Notes: generated by a model not told the origin, from the sequence alone. DNA of 64,000 bases from Gammaproteobacteria bacterium (GCA_965116495.1 OZ220696.1:3520001-3584000); one strand, 5' to 3'. Positions 48,418-58,623 are shown, counted from the first letter of the stretch. A program made the numbers and translations.

Positions 48418-49575
48418 CGCCGCCGGCCAGTGTTTGCGGTAACGCTGCACCAGCCAGCGGTTGAACTGGGGCAGCGTCCCTTCCTGCCAGGAGTAACGGC
48501 CGCGGGGACCGAAGCGGGAGGTGAGCCCTTTCTGCACCATGGTGTCTGCATAGACGTCCTGGACGTTGAAGTTATTCACCCCGGCCTCCGCCTGTTCGAA
48601 CAGGTACTCGAACATCGGGTCTTTCAGCGCTTGGGGGTTGAAACAGTAGTTGATATCGATGCTGATCTGCCCGGCTGCCTGGGCGTCGATAATAAAATAG
48701 GCGATCTCGTCCGGCACCACCGCCAGGGCCAGGGTGGGCGGGATGAGAATGAACATCCCGCGTTTGCGTTCCTCCAGGGTCAGCTTCGGAAACACGGGCA
48801 ATAAACTTTTTTTTGTCGGGTTGAACGAACCGTCGATCTCGGTGAAGTGCTGGATGCGCGAGATGTGGTTCATGTCGTCGCGCCAGTCAAAAAAATCACT
48901 CATCCCGCTCGGCGCGAAGGTCTGCAGCGGTCCGTGCAGGCGGCTGGCATGGTACGGGTCGTTGAAGTTCTCCATCATCACCTTCCAGTTCCAGGGCAGG
49001 TCGGGAATTTTCGTGCCGGTGCGCGTGGCGGTCTGCGGCAGTTCGAAGTGTTCCAGCAATGGGTCGAGTTCAGCCAGCATGGGCGCCAGCGGCGCTGCCT
49101 GCTCATCGAAACTGGTGAAGATAAATCCCTGCCATATTTCCACGGGCAGAGAAGGGAGGTTGTGGTTTGCCTTGTCAAAATCGACTGCCCGGTCCATCTC
49201 CGGCGCGCCGACCAGGCGTCCGTCAAGGCCGTAGGTCCAGTGGTGGTAAGGACAGATAAAGCGGCTGCAATTTCCGCCTTTTTCAGCCAGGACCATGCCA
49301 CGATGTTGACACACGGCGGAGATGACCCGGATCCCTTCCCCGGTATGGGCGACAATCAGGGGTTCGTCGAAAATGGTGACAACCAGGTAATCACCCACCT
49401 CCGGCACCTGGTCGACCCGTCCCGCGCACAGCCATTCCCGGGAAAAGATCGCTTCTTTCTCAAAGCGGAAAAATTCTTCAGACGTGTAAACCTCACGTGG
49501 CAGCAGGCAGGCTTCGTTGGTGGGTAAGACGGATGCGTTGAACGTACTGAGCATCTCTTCACTGAACAGGTTCAT
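48415..49575 (-). CDS. Rieske non-heme iron oxygenase alpha subunit
   Basis: CQHRG...CPYHHW Rieske motif; NWKVMMENFNDPYH..LH. Confidence 0.92.
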   Translation of the reverse strand: MNLFSEEMLSTFNASVLPTNEACLLPREVYTSEEFFRFEKEAIFSREWLCAGRVDQVPEVGDYLVVTIFDEPLIVAHTGEGIRVISAVCQHRGMVLAEKGGNCSRFICPYHHWTYGLDGRLVGAPEMDRAVDFDKANHNLPSLPVEIWQGFIFTSFDEQAAPLAPMLAELDPLLEHFELPQTATRTGTKIPDLPWNWKVMMENFNDPYHASRLHGPLQTFAPSGMSDFFDWRDDMNHISRIQHFTEIDGSFNPTKKSLLPVFPKLTLEERKRGMFILIPPTLALAVVPDEIAYFIIDAQAAGQISIDINYCFNPQALKDPMFEYLFEQAEAGVNNFNVQDVYADTMVQKGLTSRFGPRGRYSWQEGTLPQFNRWLVQRYRKHWPAA

Positions 49576-49637
49576 AACGTGTCTCCCGGCTCGCTCATAA
49601 CTGTTGGACTGCCATCCGTTAATCGGCCTCCTTTGAG

Positions 49638-49728
49638 TAAGGGAAGCTTTGATCAAGTCCGTCCGGGACTTGTCAGACGGTACATCCCTGTACCGTAGGA
49701 ACCTCTGACTTAATCAGAGGTTCCTACG
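49638..49728. repeat. Small MITE-like palindromic element
   Basis: Perfect 15-bp stem cgtaggaacctctga-cttaa-tcagaggttcctacg; degenerate left arm gggaagctttgatcaagtc; inner hairpin acggtaca-tccc-tgtaccgt. Confidence 0.6.
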
Positions 49729-49852
49729 ATATATTCGATTTCATTTGACAATGTTACATTATAATATTACATGGGGAAAACTGGGACAGACCTCATTAAT
49801 TCATTAATTCAGCGTAGGTTTCGTCGTTCCAGCACAAGCCGGAACCCACATA

Positions 49853-50368
49853 TTACCTTGTCAATAAGGTAATCAACCCAGCCCTGTCCGGGTATTGTTT
49901 AATCAGGAAGTCCCGTTCACCGGGCGTGTAATCCCCGTCGATAAAGCCGGGCGCCATGGTGGTGCCGAGCAAGGCGAACTCACCCCCCGGTACAAGTCGG
50001 GAGCCCTGCCAGACACCGGCCGGCACCGCAAACTGGACCTGTTGTCCGCTCATTACATCGTGCCCCAGGGTGATGACCCTGCCGGCGCCGTCCTGTTCGA
50101 GCAGGAGCAATTCAACCGGATCCCCAAGGTAGAAATGATAGATCTCGTCGGCCGGCAGCGAGTGTATTGCCGAGAAGGAATCCGGGTCTGCTGAGAGCAG
50201 GTAGATGATCGCGGTGGAACGCGGTTTCAGCAGCAGGCTTTCCCGACCCGGCTCCGCAACGGACACGGTCTCGTCCGCCTTATAGGTCTGTCTGAAGTGC
50301 CCGCCTTCAAGCGGCAGGACTTCAAGACCTAAATTCCGGATCAATGCTTCAACGGTTATTTTTTTCAT
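49853..50368 (-). CDS. Cupin domain protein (DUF985/cupin_5)
   Basis: PLEGGHFRQTY, STAIIYLL, DEIYHFYLGDP, VPAGVWQG, MAPGF. Confidence 0.88.
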   Translation of the reverse strand: MKKITVEALIRNLGLEVLPLEGGHFRQTYKADETVSVAEPGRESLLLKPRSTAIIYLLSADPDSFSAIHSLPADEIYHFYLGDPVELLLLEQDGAGRVITLGHDVMSGQQVQFAVPAGVWQGSRLVPGGEFALLGTTMAPGFIDGDYTPGERDFLIKQYPDRAGLITLLTR

Positions 50369-50468
50369 GATCGTCACGTAATTCAGCAGCGTAATTCAGG
50401 ACACCCATAAATTTAACATGTAATTCAGGACACCCATAAATTTAAGGAAGCCAAGGGGAGACACAATT

Positions 50469-50673
50469 CAGGGCAACCGCATACTTTTGAATATTCAGAA
50501 ATACAACCGAAAAACAGCCCAACGTCATTCCCGCGCAAGCGGGAATCCAGTCGAAAAAACGATAAAAGACCGGTTTACTTACTGGATTCCTGCTTCCGCA
50601 GGAATGACGCGCTGGGTTTCCGGGTTGGATTGCTGTTTTTCGAGAAAACATATAAAAGTATGCGGTTGCCCTG
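50469..50673. mobile_element. 205-bp MITE with 20-bp perfect TIRs and 10-bp target-site duplication
   Basis: TIRs cagggcaaccgcatactttt / aaaagtatgcggttgccctg; agacacaatt duplicated at 50459-50468 and 50674-50683. Confidence 0.9.
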
Positions 50674-50786
50674 AGACACAATTAATGGTTGTCCCAAATT
50701 ATGCTCTGATCTGCGTCATCTGCGGATAAAACAATATGTGTGATAATCTGTGGTATAACCAGTTCTCGAGTACCAGGCAAACAGAT

Positions 50787-50903
50787 ATGTCAGAGACACA
50801 GAATGATTTATTGGACCTGAGCGGCAGGACGGCCGTGGTCACGGGCGGAGCAGGCGGCATCGGCACGGCGATATGCCAGGTCCTGCATCCCCTGTGGCTA
50901 TGA
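50787..50903 (+). pseudogene. Truncated SDR oxidoreductase N-terminus
   Basis: MSETQNDLLDLSGRTAVVTGGAGGIGTAICQVLHPLWL*; stop overlaps the deoC start (ATGA). Confidence 0.75.
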
Positions 50904-51562
50904 CCAGGAAGATCCCGGCAAAAGAAATTGCCGGGATGATCGATCACACGCTGCTGCTGCCGGAAGCCACGCCGGAAATGGCGGCGCGGCTGTGCCGGGA
51001 AGCGGATGAGCATGGATTTTATGCTGTCTGCATCTCCCCTGTTTTCATTCCCCTTGCCCGTGATGCACTGGCAGGCTCGCCGGTGAAGGTGTGCACAGTG
51101 GTCGGCTTTCCGGCGGGTGTGAACGAGACGGACGTGAAAGCCTATGAAACACGCCGCGCCATTCACCAGGGTGCAGATGAAATCGACATGGTGATGAACG
51201 TCGGCGCGGCAAAAGCGGGGGACTGGACAAAGGTTGGGTCTGATGTGGAAAGCGTGGTGGAAAACGCCCGGGGACATCTCGTCAAGGTAATCCTGGAAAC
51301 CTGCCTGCTGACGGATGAGGAAAAGCTGCGGGCCTGCGAGGTCTGTGTTGCCGCGGGCGCAGGTTTTGTAAAGACCTCTACAGGGTTCAACCGTTCCGGG
51401 GCCACAGTGGCAGACGTCAGGCTCATGCGCGCCGCGGTCGGAACGGACATGGGCGTGAAAGCCAGCGGCGGGATCAGGGATTATGAAACAGCCCGCAACA
51501 TGATAGAAGCGGGCGCCACCCGGCTGGGCACCAGTTCCAGCCTGAACATCATCTCAATCTGA
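50900..51562 (+). CDS. deoC: Deoxyribose-phosphate aldolase
   Basis: IDHTLL, CTVVGFPAG, GADEIDMV, KVILET, FVKTSTGF, VKASGGIR, RLGTS. Confidence 0.96.
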   Translation: MTRKIPAKEIAGMIDHTLLLPEATPEMAARLCREADEHGFYAVCISPVFIPLARDALAGSPVKVCTVVGFPAGVNETDVKAYETRRAIHQGADEIDMVMNVGAAKAGDWTKVGSDVESVVENARGHLVKVILETCLLTDEEKLRACEVCVAAGAGFVKTSTGFNRSGATVADVRLMRAAVGTDMGVKASGGIRDYETARNMIEAGATRLGTSSSLNIISI

Positions 51563-51641
51563 ATGGGGACAGACCCCTGCTTACGACCCTGCCTCGGGGG
51601 CCAGGGCAGGCATGCGGGGGCATGTTTAAATCTGTCCCCGG

Positions 51642-52355
51642 TTAAACTGTGGTGATGGCAGTCTCCAGCGCCAGCTCGATCATATCCTTGAATCCCGACT
51701 GCCGCTCTTCGGCGCTCAGCCGCTCACCGCTGATGATCTGGTCGCTGACCGTACAGATCGCCAGGGCCCGGGCGCCGAATTCCGCGGCCAGGCCGTAAAT
51801 GCCGGCGGTCTCCATCTCCACGCCCAGAATGTTGTATTTTGCCATCATTTCGAATGCTTCCTGCTCGGGCGAATAAAACAGGTCGCTGGAGAAGACATTG
51901 CCCACGCGGAAGGAAAGTCCCCTTTGTTCGGCGATTGTTACCGCAGACTGCAATAACCGGTAGTCCGCGATAGCGGCAAAATCATGGTCCCTGAAACGAA
52001 TGCGATTCACCTTTGAATCGGTACAGGCGCCCATGGCTATAATGATATCCCGCAGGTTCACCGATTTGTTTACGTTGCCGCAACTGCCGACCCGCACCAG
52101 GCGCTTCACACCGAAATCGTTGATCAGTTCGGTGCAATACAGGGAACAGGAGGGTATTCCGACTCCATGACCCATGACCGACAGGGCCTGCCCCTTGTAA
52201 CTGCCGGTAAAACCCAGCATCCCCCTGATGTCGGTCACCAGGCGCGGGTTGTCCAGGAAGTTTTCCGCAACAAACTTTGCCCGGAGGGGGTCTCCCGGCA
52301 TAAGCACGGTTTCCGCAAAATCACCGGGTTCTGCATTGATGTGTGGCGTACTCAT
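51642..52355 (-). CDS. deoD: Purine-nucleoside phosphorylase
   Basis: [38 protein letters not shown]. Confidence 0.96.
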   Translation of the reverse strand: MSTPHINAEPGDFAETVLMPGDPLRAKFVAENFLDNPRLVTDIRGMLGFTGSYKGQALSVMGHGVGIPSCSLYCTELINDFGVKRLVRVGSCGNVNKSVNLRDIIIAMGACTDSKVNRIRFRDHDFAAIADYRLLQSAVTIAEQRGLSFRVGNVFSSDLFYSPEQEAFEMMAKYNILGVEMETAGIYGLAAEFGARALAICTVSDQIISGERLSAEERQSGFKDMIELALETAITTV

Positions 52356-52375
52356 AATGTCTCAATAAGATAATG

Positions 52376-52762
52376 TCAGGATTTGTCAACCACCGACGCA
52401 AAAGTCTGGTCGAACGTCTTGATACGGGTTATCCCGCGCCGCTGACAACTGGCCAGGTGACAAAGATCCCTCGCCGCGAGAGCAGGGAATTGTGCGTGAA
52501 GCCGGCAGGCAAGGAACACATCTTCGCTTTCCAGTGGCCAAACTTCAACTTCGGCTTTGACGATGAGTGAAATGACCGTTTCAAGCGTGTACCTGCGGTT
52601 GACGGTAAGATAAGAATATGCCAATTCCTGTAACACTTCGGCAGATGTGCATAAGCGCGTTTGCTTACGGATAGCCTCGTTGAAAAACTCGCGGGCAGGC
52701 TTCTTGAGCAGGTGAGCCCTGCCTATGGAATACATGAATACATTGGTGTCGACGAAGATCAC
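52376..52762 (-). CDS. VapC-family PIN toxin
   Basis: IFVDTNVFMY, TSAEVLQE, RDLCHLA, TFD. Confidence 0.88.
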   Translation of the reverse strand: MIFVDTNVFMYSIGRAHLLKKPAREFFNEAIRKQTRLCTSAEVLQELAYSYLTVNRRYTLETVISLIVKAEVEVWPLESEDVFLACRLHAQFPALAARDLCHLASCQRRGITRIKTFDQTFASVVDKS

Positions 52763-53034
52763 GTACTTGTTGCGCCGCGCTTGCGAGCTTCATTGATGAC
52801 AGCGAGATGTTGCTCCCAATCAGGCTCTGTCTCTGTGTGTTCCAGTTTGTCGGACTCGGCGAAGAAAGCTTCAAGGTCTGCAATGGATGCAAACGGCTGG
52901 ACTTGAGATTGCCGTTCCAGCCGCTCACGCGCGGCGGCGCGCAGCCAAGCGCTCAGGGACATACCCTCTCTACGCGCCTGGTAAACGAACCGGGTGCGGT
53001 CTTCATCCGGAATGACTAATTGAACTCTGGCCAT
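52759..53034 (-). CDS. RHH-type antitoxin (VapB-like)
   Basis: RVQLVIPDE...ARREGMSLSAWLR; overlaps the PIN gene by 4 nt. Confidence 0.8.
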   Translation of the reverse strand: MARVQLVIPDEDRTRFVYQARREGMSLSAWLRAAARERLERQSQVQPFASIADLEAFFAESDKLEHTETEPDWEQHLAVINEARKRGATST

Positions 53035-53060
53035 TCAATTTATCCTCAAAAATAATATGT

Positions 53061-53081
53061 ATGTGTAATTAGTATACACAT
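53061..53081. promoter_or_regulatory. Putative autoregulatory operator of the vapBC-like pair
   Basis: atgtgta-attagta-tacacat inverted repeat in the AT-rich upstream region. Confidence 0.5.
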
Positions 53082-53165
53082 TAAATTATAACAAAAAAAT
53101 CCCCTCATGAGTTGACAAAGTCCCGTTCCCTGTAATTTGTCAGATAGCCGGCCTCCCAGGCGCCG

Positions 53166-54392
53166 TTACACCTGCAGGGACATGAACAGGCTTGCCAGCA
53201 CCGCGCTCATCAGGTTGGACAGGGTACCGGCGAGCACGGACATGAAACCCAGTGCAGCGATGTCCTGGCGCCGTTCAGGTACCAGGCTGCCCATGCCGCC
53301 CAGCAGGATGGCAATGGATGTCAGATTGGCGAAGCCGCACAGGGCAAAGGTGACGATCACCTGCGTGTGCGGGCTGAGCGTATCCGCTATCTCGCTGAAA
53401 CTCAGGTAGGCGATAAATTCAGTCATTATGAATTTCTGCCCGATCAGGCTGCCGGCCGCGGCGGCCTCATGCCACGGCACGCCAATCAGCCAGGCCAGCG
53501 GCGCCAGCAGTTTGCCGAGGATGCCCTGCAGCGTCAGTCCCTCAATGCCGAACCAGCCGCCGATACCTCCCAGCAGGCCGTTGAACAGGGCAATCATGGC
53601 CACAAACGCGATCAGCATGGCGCCGACATTGGCCGCGAGTTTCAGCCCGTCCAGGGTACCGTTACCGATGGCTTCAAAGATATTCACCACTTTTCCCGGG
53701 CCGCTGAACTGTACGTGTTCTATGTTCTGTTCCGAGCTTTCGGTCTCCGGCTTGATGATCTTGGCCATGAGCAGACCGCCGGGCGCGGCCATGAAACTGG
53801 CCGCGATCAGGTAGCTCAGGTTAATTCCCATTGCGGCATAGGCTGCCATGATGGCGCCGGAGATGGCCGCCATGCCGCCGGTCATCACCGCGAACAGTTC
53901 CGAGCGCGTCAGGTCCTTCAGGTAGGGCCTGATGACCAGCGGTGATTCACTGTGGCCGATGAATATGTTGGCCACCGCGCACATGGATTCAGTCTTGCTG
54001 GTGCCAAGCAGTTTATGTATACCGCCACCCAGAAACGTTACCAGTTTCTGCATGATGCCGAGGTAATACAGGGTGGACATCAGCGCGGAAAAGAAGATGA
54101 TCACCGGCAACAGTTGAAACGCGATGGAAAACCCGCCTTCCTGGGTGGCCAGGTCACCGAACACGAACTCGCTGCCCACCCTGCCGTAGTCGATCACGTT
54201 CTGTACGCCTGCCACCATGGTGTTGAGGAACGTCTGGCCCGGCGGGAAGTAGAGAATGAGACCGGCAATGGCAGCCTGTGTCAGGAACGCGGGAACGACG
54301 GTTTTAAGCCGGATCGCCCGCCTGTTTTCGGACAGCAACAGGGCCAGGCAGAGAATCACCGCCATCCCGACAAAACACATCAGTATCGTCAT
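53166..54392 (-). CDS. NupC/CNT family nucleoside transporter
   Basis: LPVIIFFSAL..LYYLGIMQ, ANIFIG.SE, TRSELF, MAAPG, FALCGFAN. Confidence 0.93.
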   Translation of the reverse strand: MTILMCFVGMAVILCLALLLSENRRAIRLKTVVPAFLTQAAIAGLILYFPPGQTFLNTMVAGVQNVIDYGRVGSEFVFGDLATQEGGFSIAFQLLPVIIFFSALMSTLYYLGIMQKLVTFLGGGIHKLLGTSKTESMCAVANIFIGHSESPLVIRPYLKDLTRSELFAVMTGGMAAISGAIMAAYAAMGINLSYLIAASFMAAPGGLLMAKIIKPETESSEQNIEHVQFSGPGKVVNIFEAIGNGTLDGLKLAANVGAMLIAFVAMIALFNGLLGGIGGWFGIEGLTLQGILGKLLAPLAWLIGVPWHEAAAAGSLIGQKFIMTEFIAYLSFSEIADTLSPHTQVIVTFALCGFANLTSIAILLGGMGSLVPERRQDIAALGFMSVLAGTLSNLMSAVLASLFMSLQV

Positions 54393-54461
54393 GAAAAACC
54401 GTTCCGTCTGATCCCGTAGTGGAATTGTTATAAGATACACGCGGTGAGGAGGTTAGGCAAA

Positions 54462-56011
54462 ATGAAATTACCGCTATTCCTGAAGCTGGCGATGACAGCG
54501 CTGATCGCCGCTGTGTTCCCCGCCGCCACCGCTGCCGGCGAAGCTGAAACCAGGGCGTACTTCCAGCAAGTGCGTAATGAACCGACCTTGCTGCGGGGTT
54601 TCCTCTACGCGTTCCCCAAGGGAGGCGAATTGCATAATCACCTGGACGGCGCCATATATGCGGAGAGCTACATCCGCTGGGCGGCTGAGGACGGCAAGTG
54701 CATAGACCTTGAGAGTTTCATGATCACACCCCGCCGCGCTGCGATGCGGAGGCCGGCCGGCCGGCCGTCAGCGACATCCGCTATGACGCCGACGTGGTAA
54801 ACCGGATTATCGATGCGTTTTCCATACGCAACTATGAGCGCCGTTCCGTTTCCGGGCACGACCAGTTTTTCTCGACGTTCCGGCATTTCATCCCCGCGGG
54901 CGTCGGGCGCGAAGGGCACATGCTGGCGGAATCGACCGCCAGGTCTGCGCGCCAGAATATCCTCTACCTGGAACTGTTGCAGTCCTGGGGCATGGCCGAG
55001 GCGCGCCAACTGGCTGCGGTTAACAGGGAGTTCGACATCGATACACCCCTGGCGGACCTGGTCCGCCACCCCGGGATCGAACAACTGGCTGCGGCGACAA
55101 TCCTCAAACTCGACAGCATTGAGCAGCAGTGGCGCGACAGCCTTGCCTGCGGTGGGGAACAGGCAGATCCCGGTTGTGACATAACCGTGCGTTACCTGGC
55201 CCAGGTAATCCGAATCTTTCCGCCGCAACAGGTCCTGGCCCAGACCCTGCTGGCCTACCACCTGATTGAAAAAGACCCGCGCTACGTGGGTCTGAACTTC
55301 GTTGCGCCGGAAGACAACCCCGTCACCCTGAGAGATTATCGCTGGCAGATGGAGATGATAGGGGAACTGGCGGAGCATTTCCCTGCGGCAAAAGACAGCA
55401 TCACGCTGCATGCCGGTGAGGTTGAAATGGGACTGGTGCCGCCCGAACACCTGGGCTGGCACATCCGCGCGGCGCTGGATCTTGCCGGCGCCAGGCGCAT
55501 CGGCCACGGCACGGATATATATTACGATCCGCAGGCCGTGCAACTCATGCAGCGCATGGCCGAACAGGGCATCCTGGTCGAGATCAACCTGACCAGCAGC
55601 GAGGCCATCCTGGGCATAACCGGCGAGAGACATCCCATCCGGGCGTACCTCAAACACAAGGTTCCCATTGCCTTGTCGACCGACGATGAAGGAGTCGCCC
55701 GCATCGACCTGACCCACGAATACCAGCGCGCCCTGGAAACCTACGGCCTTAGCTACGACGATCTCAAGTACCTGTCGCGGAACGCCCTTGCCTACAGTTT
55801 CCTCCCCGGGGAAAGCCTGCTTGCTTCAACCCGGACGGGAAAAATGGTGGAAGAATGTGACTACGACACCACAGCGCCGGCCGCCGATGAGGTGGTGGAA
55901 GACCAGGTCGAGATCTGCCTGGAATTCATGTTCCGCAACGAAAAAGCCAGGCTGCAGTCGGAACTGGAGCGACGCTTCACTGAATTTGAAGCGAACTATC
56001 CGCGGATATAA
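54462..56011 (+). pseudogene. Secreted adenosine deaminase-family gene split by a frameshift near 54726-54732
   Basis: ORF1 has a signal peptide and PKGGELHNHLDG; ORF2 has TLHAGE, RRIGHG, STDDEG; frames join at ITPP/PPRCDAE. Confidence 0.8.
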
Positions 56012-56028
56012 TAAACCGTAAATGATGA

Positions 56029-56233
56029 TTTATCCGCAGATTACGCAGATTAACGCAGATTAAATATGTGTTATCTTTTTTCCGGGGAAATATGCTCAAG
56101 CCGGCAAATGTAAGTATTTTGTTGCTGAGGTTCTTATTGCATATTTCTTTGGTCACAGATGATATTCCTATAGGTCAAATTCTTGCGGCTGGCACGAAAC
56201 AACATTAAATTTACCTGCGTTAATCTGCGGATA
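56029..56233. repeat. Family F inverted arms enclosing an AT-rich spacer
   Basis: ttatccgcagattacgcagattaacgcagatt ... acctgcgttaatctgcggataa. Confidence 0.75.
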
Positions 56234-58159
56234 ATATTTTTTTTGCTCTCATTTCCCCTCGCGGCACAGGAGGCGGCGCAGCGCTTCCCGTACTTCGGCG
56301 ACCTGCACGTGCATTCATCCTGGTCGCTGGACAGCTACGTCAATTACAATCCCGCCGGTCCCCGTGACGCCTACCGTTTTGCCCTGGGTGAGGAGGTTGT
56401 CCTGTCCGGCGGCAGGGTGGTACGGATCGACCGGCCGCTTGATTTTGCCGCGGTGACGGACCACGGGGAGTACCTGGGGGAACTGCCGCTTTGCACCGAT
56501 GAAACCAGCGCCGCGTATGCGCTGGAGATTTGCCGGGACATCCGCAATGAAACCCGGCACAAGCCGCTCATAGACAAGGTTTTCCGGGAACTGATCATTC
56601 GCGACGTGGTGTCCACGGACCCGCAGCGGGAACCCGGACTGTGCGGTGCGGACAATGCCCGTTGCCTGGCCAGGGCGAAGTCAACCTGGCGGGAACTGCA
56701 GGATATCGCCCATGAATTCAACCGCCCAGGCGTATTCACCACCCTGGTCGGCTACGAGTGGACCGGGAATCCGGACGGAAACAACCTGCACAGGAATGTT
56801 ATCTACGGCAACGACCATGTCCCGGCGTTACCCATCAGTTATTTTGAAGCGAATACGCCGGAAAAACTGTGGGCGCAGTTGCACGAAACCTGTGCCGCTC
56901 CCTGCGAAGTCCTGGCCATCCCGCATAATTCCAACCAGAGCAACGGCCGGCAGTTCCCGTCTTTGCGCGAGATTGTCCCGGCGCCAGGCCGGGATGCCCC
57001 GGGTCAGGCTCGGAATGACGAGGCAGACGGCGCCGGGTGGGCGGCGCTGCGGGCCAGGACGGAACCCCTGGTGGAGATCATCCAGGCCAAGGGCGAGTCG
57101 GAATGCCACACCAGGGTGGGTACGGAGGATGAACTGTGCCTGTATGAGAAGCTGGAGCGCCGCCGCATCTGCGGCGCAGAACCCGGCGCTGCAGCCTGTG
57201 CCCGGGTATGCGCAGACGACGGCTCTCCCGAAGGCTGCGTTGCGCCCAACAACTATGTCCGTAACGCCCTGAAAGCGGGCCTTGAGTTTGACCGGCAACT
57301 GGATGTGAACCCGTACAAGTTCGGTTTCATCGGCAGCACTGACACCCATAACGGCACCCCCGGCGGCACCGACGAGTCAAATTACCAGGGCCACCACGGG
57401 TTCGAAGACGGCACCCCGGCGCGGCGCGCGCTCACGCCCGAGATAAAGGAATTTTCCGCAAGCCGGGAGAAAAGTTCCGGCGGACTGGCCGGCGTGTGGG
57501 CGGAGGAGAATACCCGGACCGCCATATTCGCCGCGCTGCAACGCCGGGAAACCTTTGCCACCAGCGGCACGCGCATCAGCGTGCGCTTTTTTGCCGGCTG
57601 GGATTATCCCGAAACTGTTGACATGAACACCGACCTGGCTGCCCTGGGCTACGGCGAGGGAGTGACCATGGGCGGCGACCTGCCATCACGTCCCGGCCTG
57701 GAGCATACCGGCAACAGCGCCGCACAGGACAACCCAACAGCGCCGCGTTTCATCCTCCTGGCAATGAAGGACCCGGAAGGCGTAAACCTGCAACGCATGC
57801 AGGTAATCAAGGGATGGCTGGAACAGGATGAGGCCCGGGAACAGGTGTACGACGTGGCCTGTGCCGACGGCCTGGTCCCCGACCCGGACACCCAGCGCTG
57901 TCCCGGCAACGGCGCCGGCGTGAACCTGGACGATTGCAGCGTCAGCGCCGGTAAGGGCGCGGCGCAACTGAAAGCCTTGTGGCAGGACCCGGATTTCAAC
58001 CGGAATGAACACGCATTTTATTATGTCAGGGTGCTGGAGAACCCCAGCTGCCGCTGGAGCACCTGGGAAGCAATCCGGGAAAATACAAAACCGTTCGACG
58101 ACGTTGACCTGACCATACAGGAACGCGCCTGGAGTTCGCCGATCTGGTACAGGCCCTGA
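56183..58159 (+). CDS. DUF3604 domain protein (PHP-like, probably secreted)
   Basis: YFGDLHVHSSWSLD, PLDFAAVTDH, GYEWT, NLHRNV, IPHNSN, GSTDTH, QERAWSSPIWY; start uncertain. Confidence 0.88.
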   Translation: MRLARNNIKFTCVNLRIIFFLLSFPLAAQEAAQRFPYFGDLHVHSSWSLDSYVNYNPAGPRDAYRFALGEEVVLSGGRVVRIDRPLDFAAVTDHGEYLGELPLCTDETSAAYALEICRDIRNETRHKPLIDKVFRELIIRDVVSTDPQREPGLCGADNARCLARAKSTWRELQDIAHEFNRPGVFTTLVGYEWTGNPDGNNLHRNVIYGNDHVPALPISYFEANTPEKLWAQLHETCAAPCEVLAIPHNSNQSNGRQFPSLREIVPAPGRDAPGQARNDEADGAGWAALRARTEPLVEIIQAKGESECHTRVGTEDELCLYEKLERRRICGAEPGAAACARVCADDGSPEGCVAPNNYVRNALKAGLEFDRQLDVNPYKFGFIGSTDTHNGTPGGTDESNYQGHHGFEDGTPARRALTPEIKEFSASREKSSGGLAGVWAEENTRTAIFAALQRRETFATSGTRISVRFFAGWDYPETVDMNTDLAALGYGEGVTMGGDLPSRPGLEHTGNSAAQDNPTAPRFILLAMKDPEGVNLQRMQVIKGWLEQDEAREQVYDVACADGLVPDPDTQRCPGNGAGVNLDDCSVSAGKGAAQLKALWQDPDFNRNEHAFYYVRVLENPSCRWSTWEAIRENTKPFDDVDLTIQERAWSSPIWYRP

Positions 58160-58225
58160 ATGCTGGCTGAATTCCACAGATATGAGTGGCACATGGTCCC
58201 TCAATACCATGAAACAGATATGCCG

Positions 58226-58414
58226 TCATTCAGGAGGAGGCGCACCGATATCCTTGCAAATCTTCCGCACCAGGTGTTTGTCAATATCTCGATGACGCGG
58301 GATGGCCGATCTTTTGTTGAGTAGAGGATTATGCCACCAAGAGTGATTTCCTCCCTCTCTCAGGAGTTCGCAACCATGTGCTTTGAGCCAGCGTAACAAT
58401 TTACGCCGATTCAT
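58226..58414 (-). CDS. HicA-family toxin
   Basis: LLREGGNHSWW, IPRHRDI, KICK. Confidence 0.9.
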   Translation of the reverse strand: MNRRKLLRWLKAHGCELLREGGNHSWWHNPLLNKRSAIPRHRDIDKHLVRKICKDIGAPPPE

Positions 58415-58623
58415 ACGGCGATATTAAGTTCCTCGTACCTCTCACCGGCAGCATGACGCGCATCCTTGCGGTTGAGTTCAAGCGCTTCCCTCAATGTTAC
58501 ATTTAATGATTCCAGGAGTTCCTCACGGGTTGCTTCCTGGCAGTTTACACCGGGTACTTCTTCAATCCAGCCGATCCACCAATTGTCCTGTTGTTTAATG
58601 ATGGCAGTGTAGTTCGTTTTCAT
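58411..58623 (-). CDS. Short HicB-family antitoxin
   Basis: YTAII..WWIGWIEEVPGVNCQ..TREEL. Confidence 0.88.
   Translation of the reverse strand: MKTNYTAIIKQQDNWWIGWIEEVPGVNCQEATREELLESLNVTLREALELNRKDARHAAGERYEELNIAV

Noticed and set aside
49745-49765. TTGACA...TATAAT sigma70 promoter
   Set aside because: Spacing is only about 9 bp and it points away from the Rieske gene
50378-50445. Tandem taattcaggacacccataaattt copies as a mini-CRISPR
   Set aside because: Two full copies about 6 bp apart; a variant of dispersed family C
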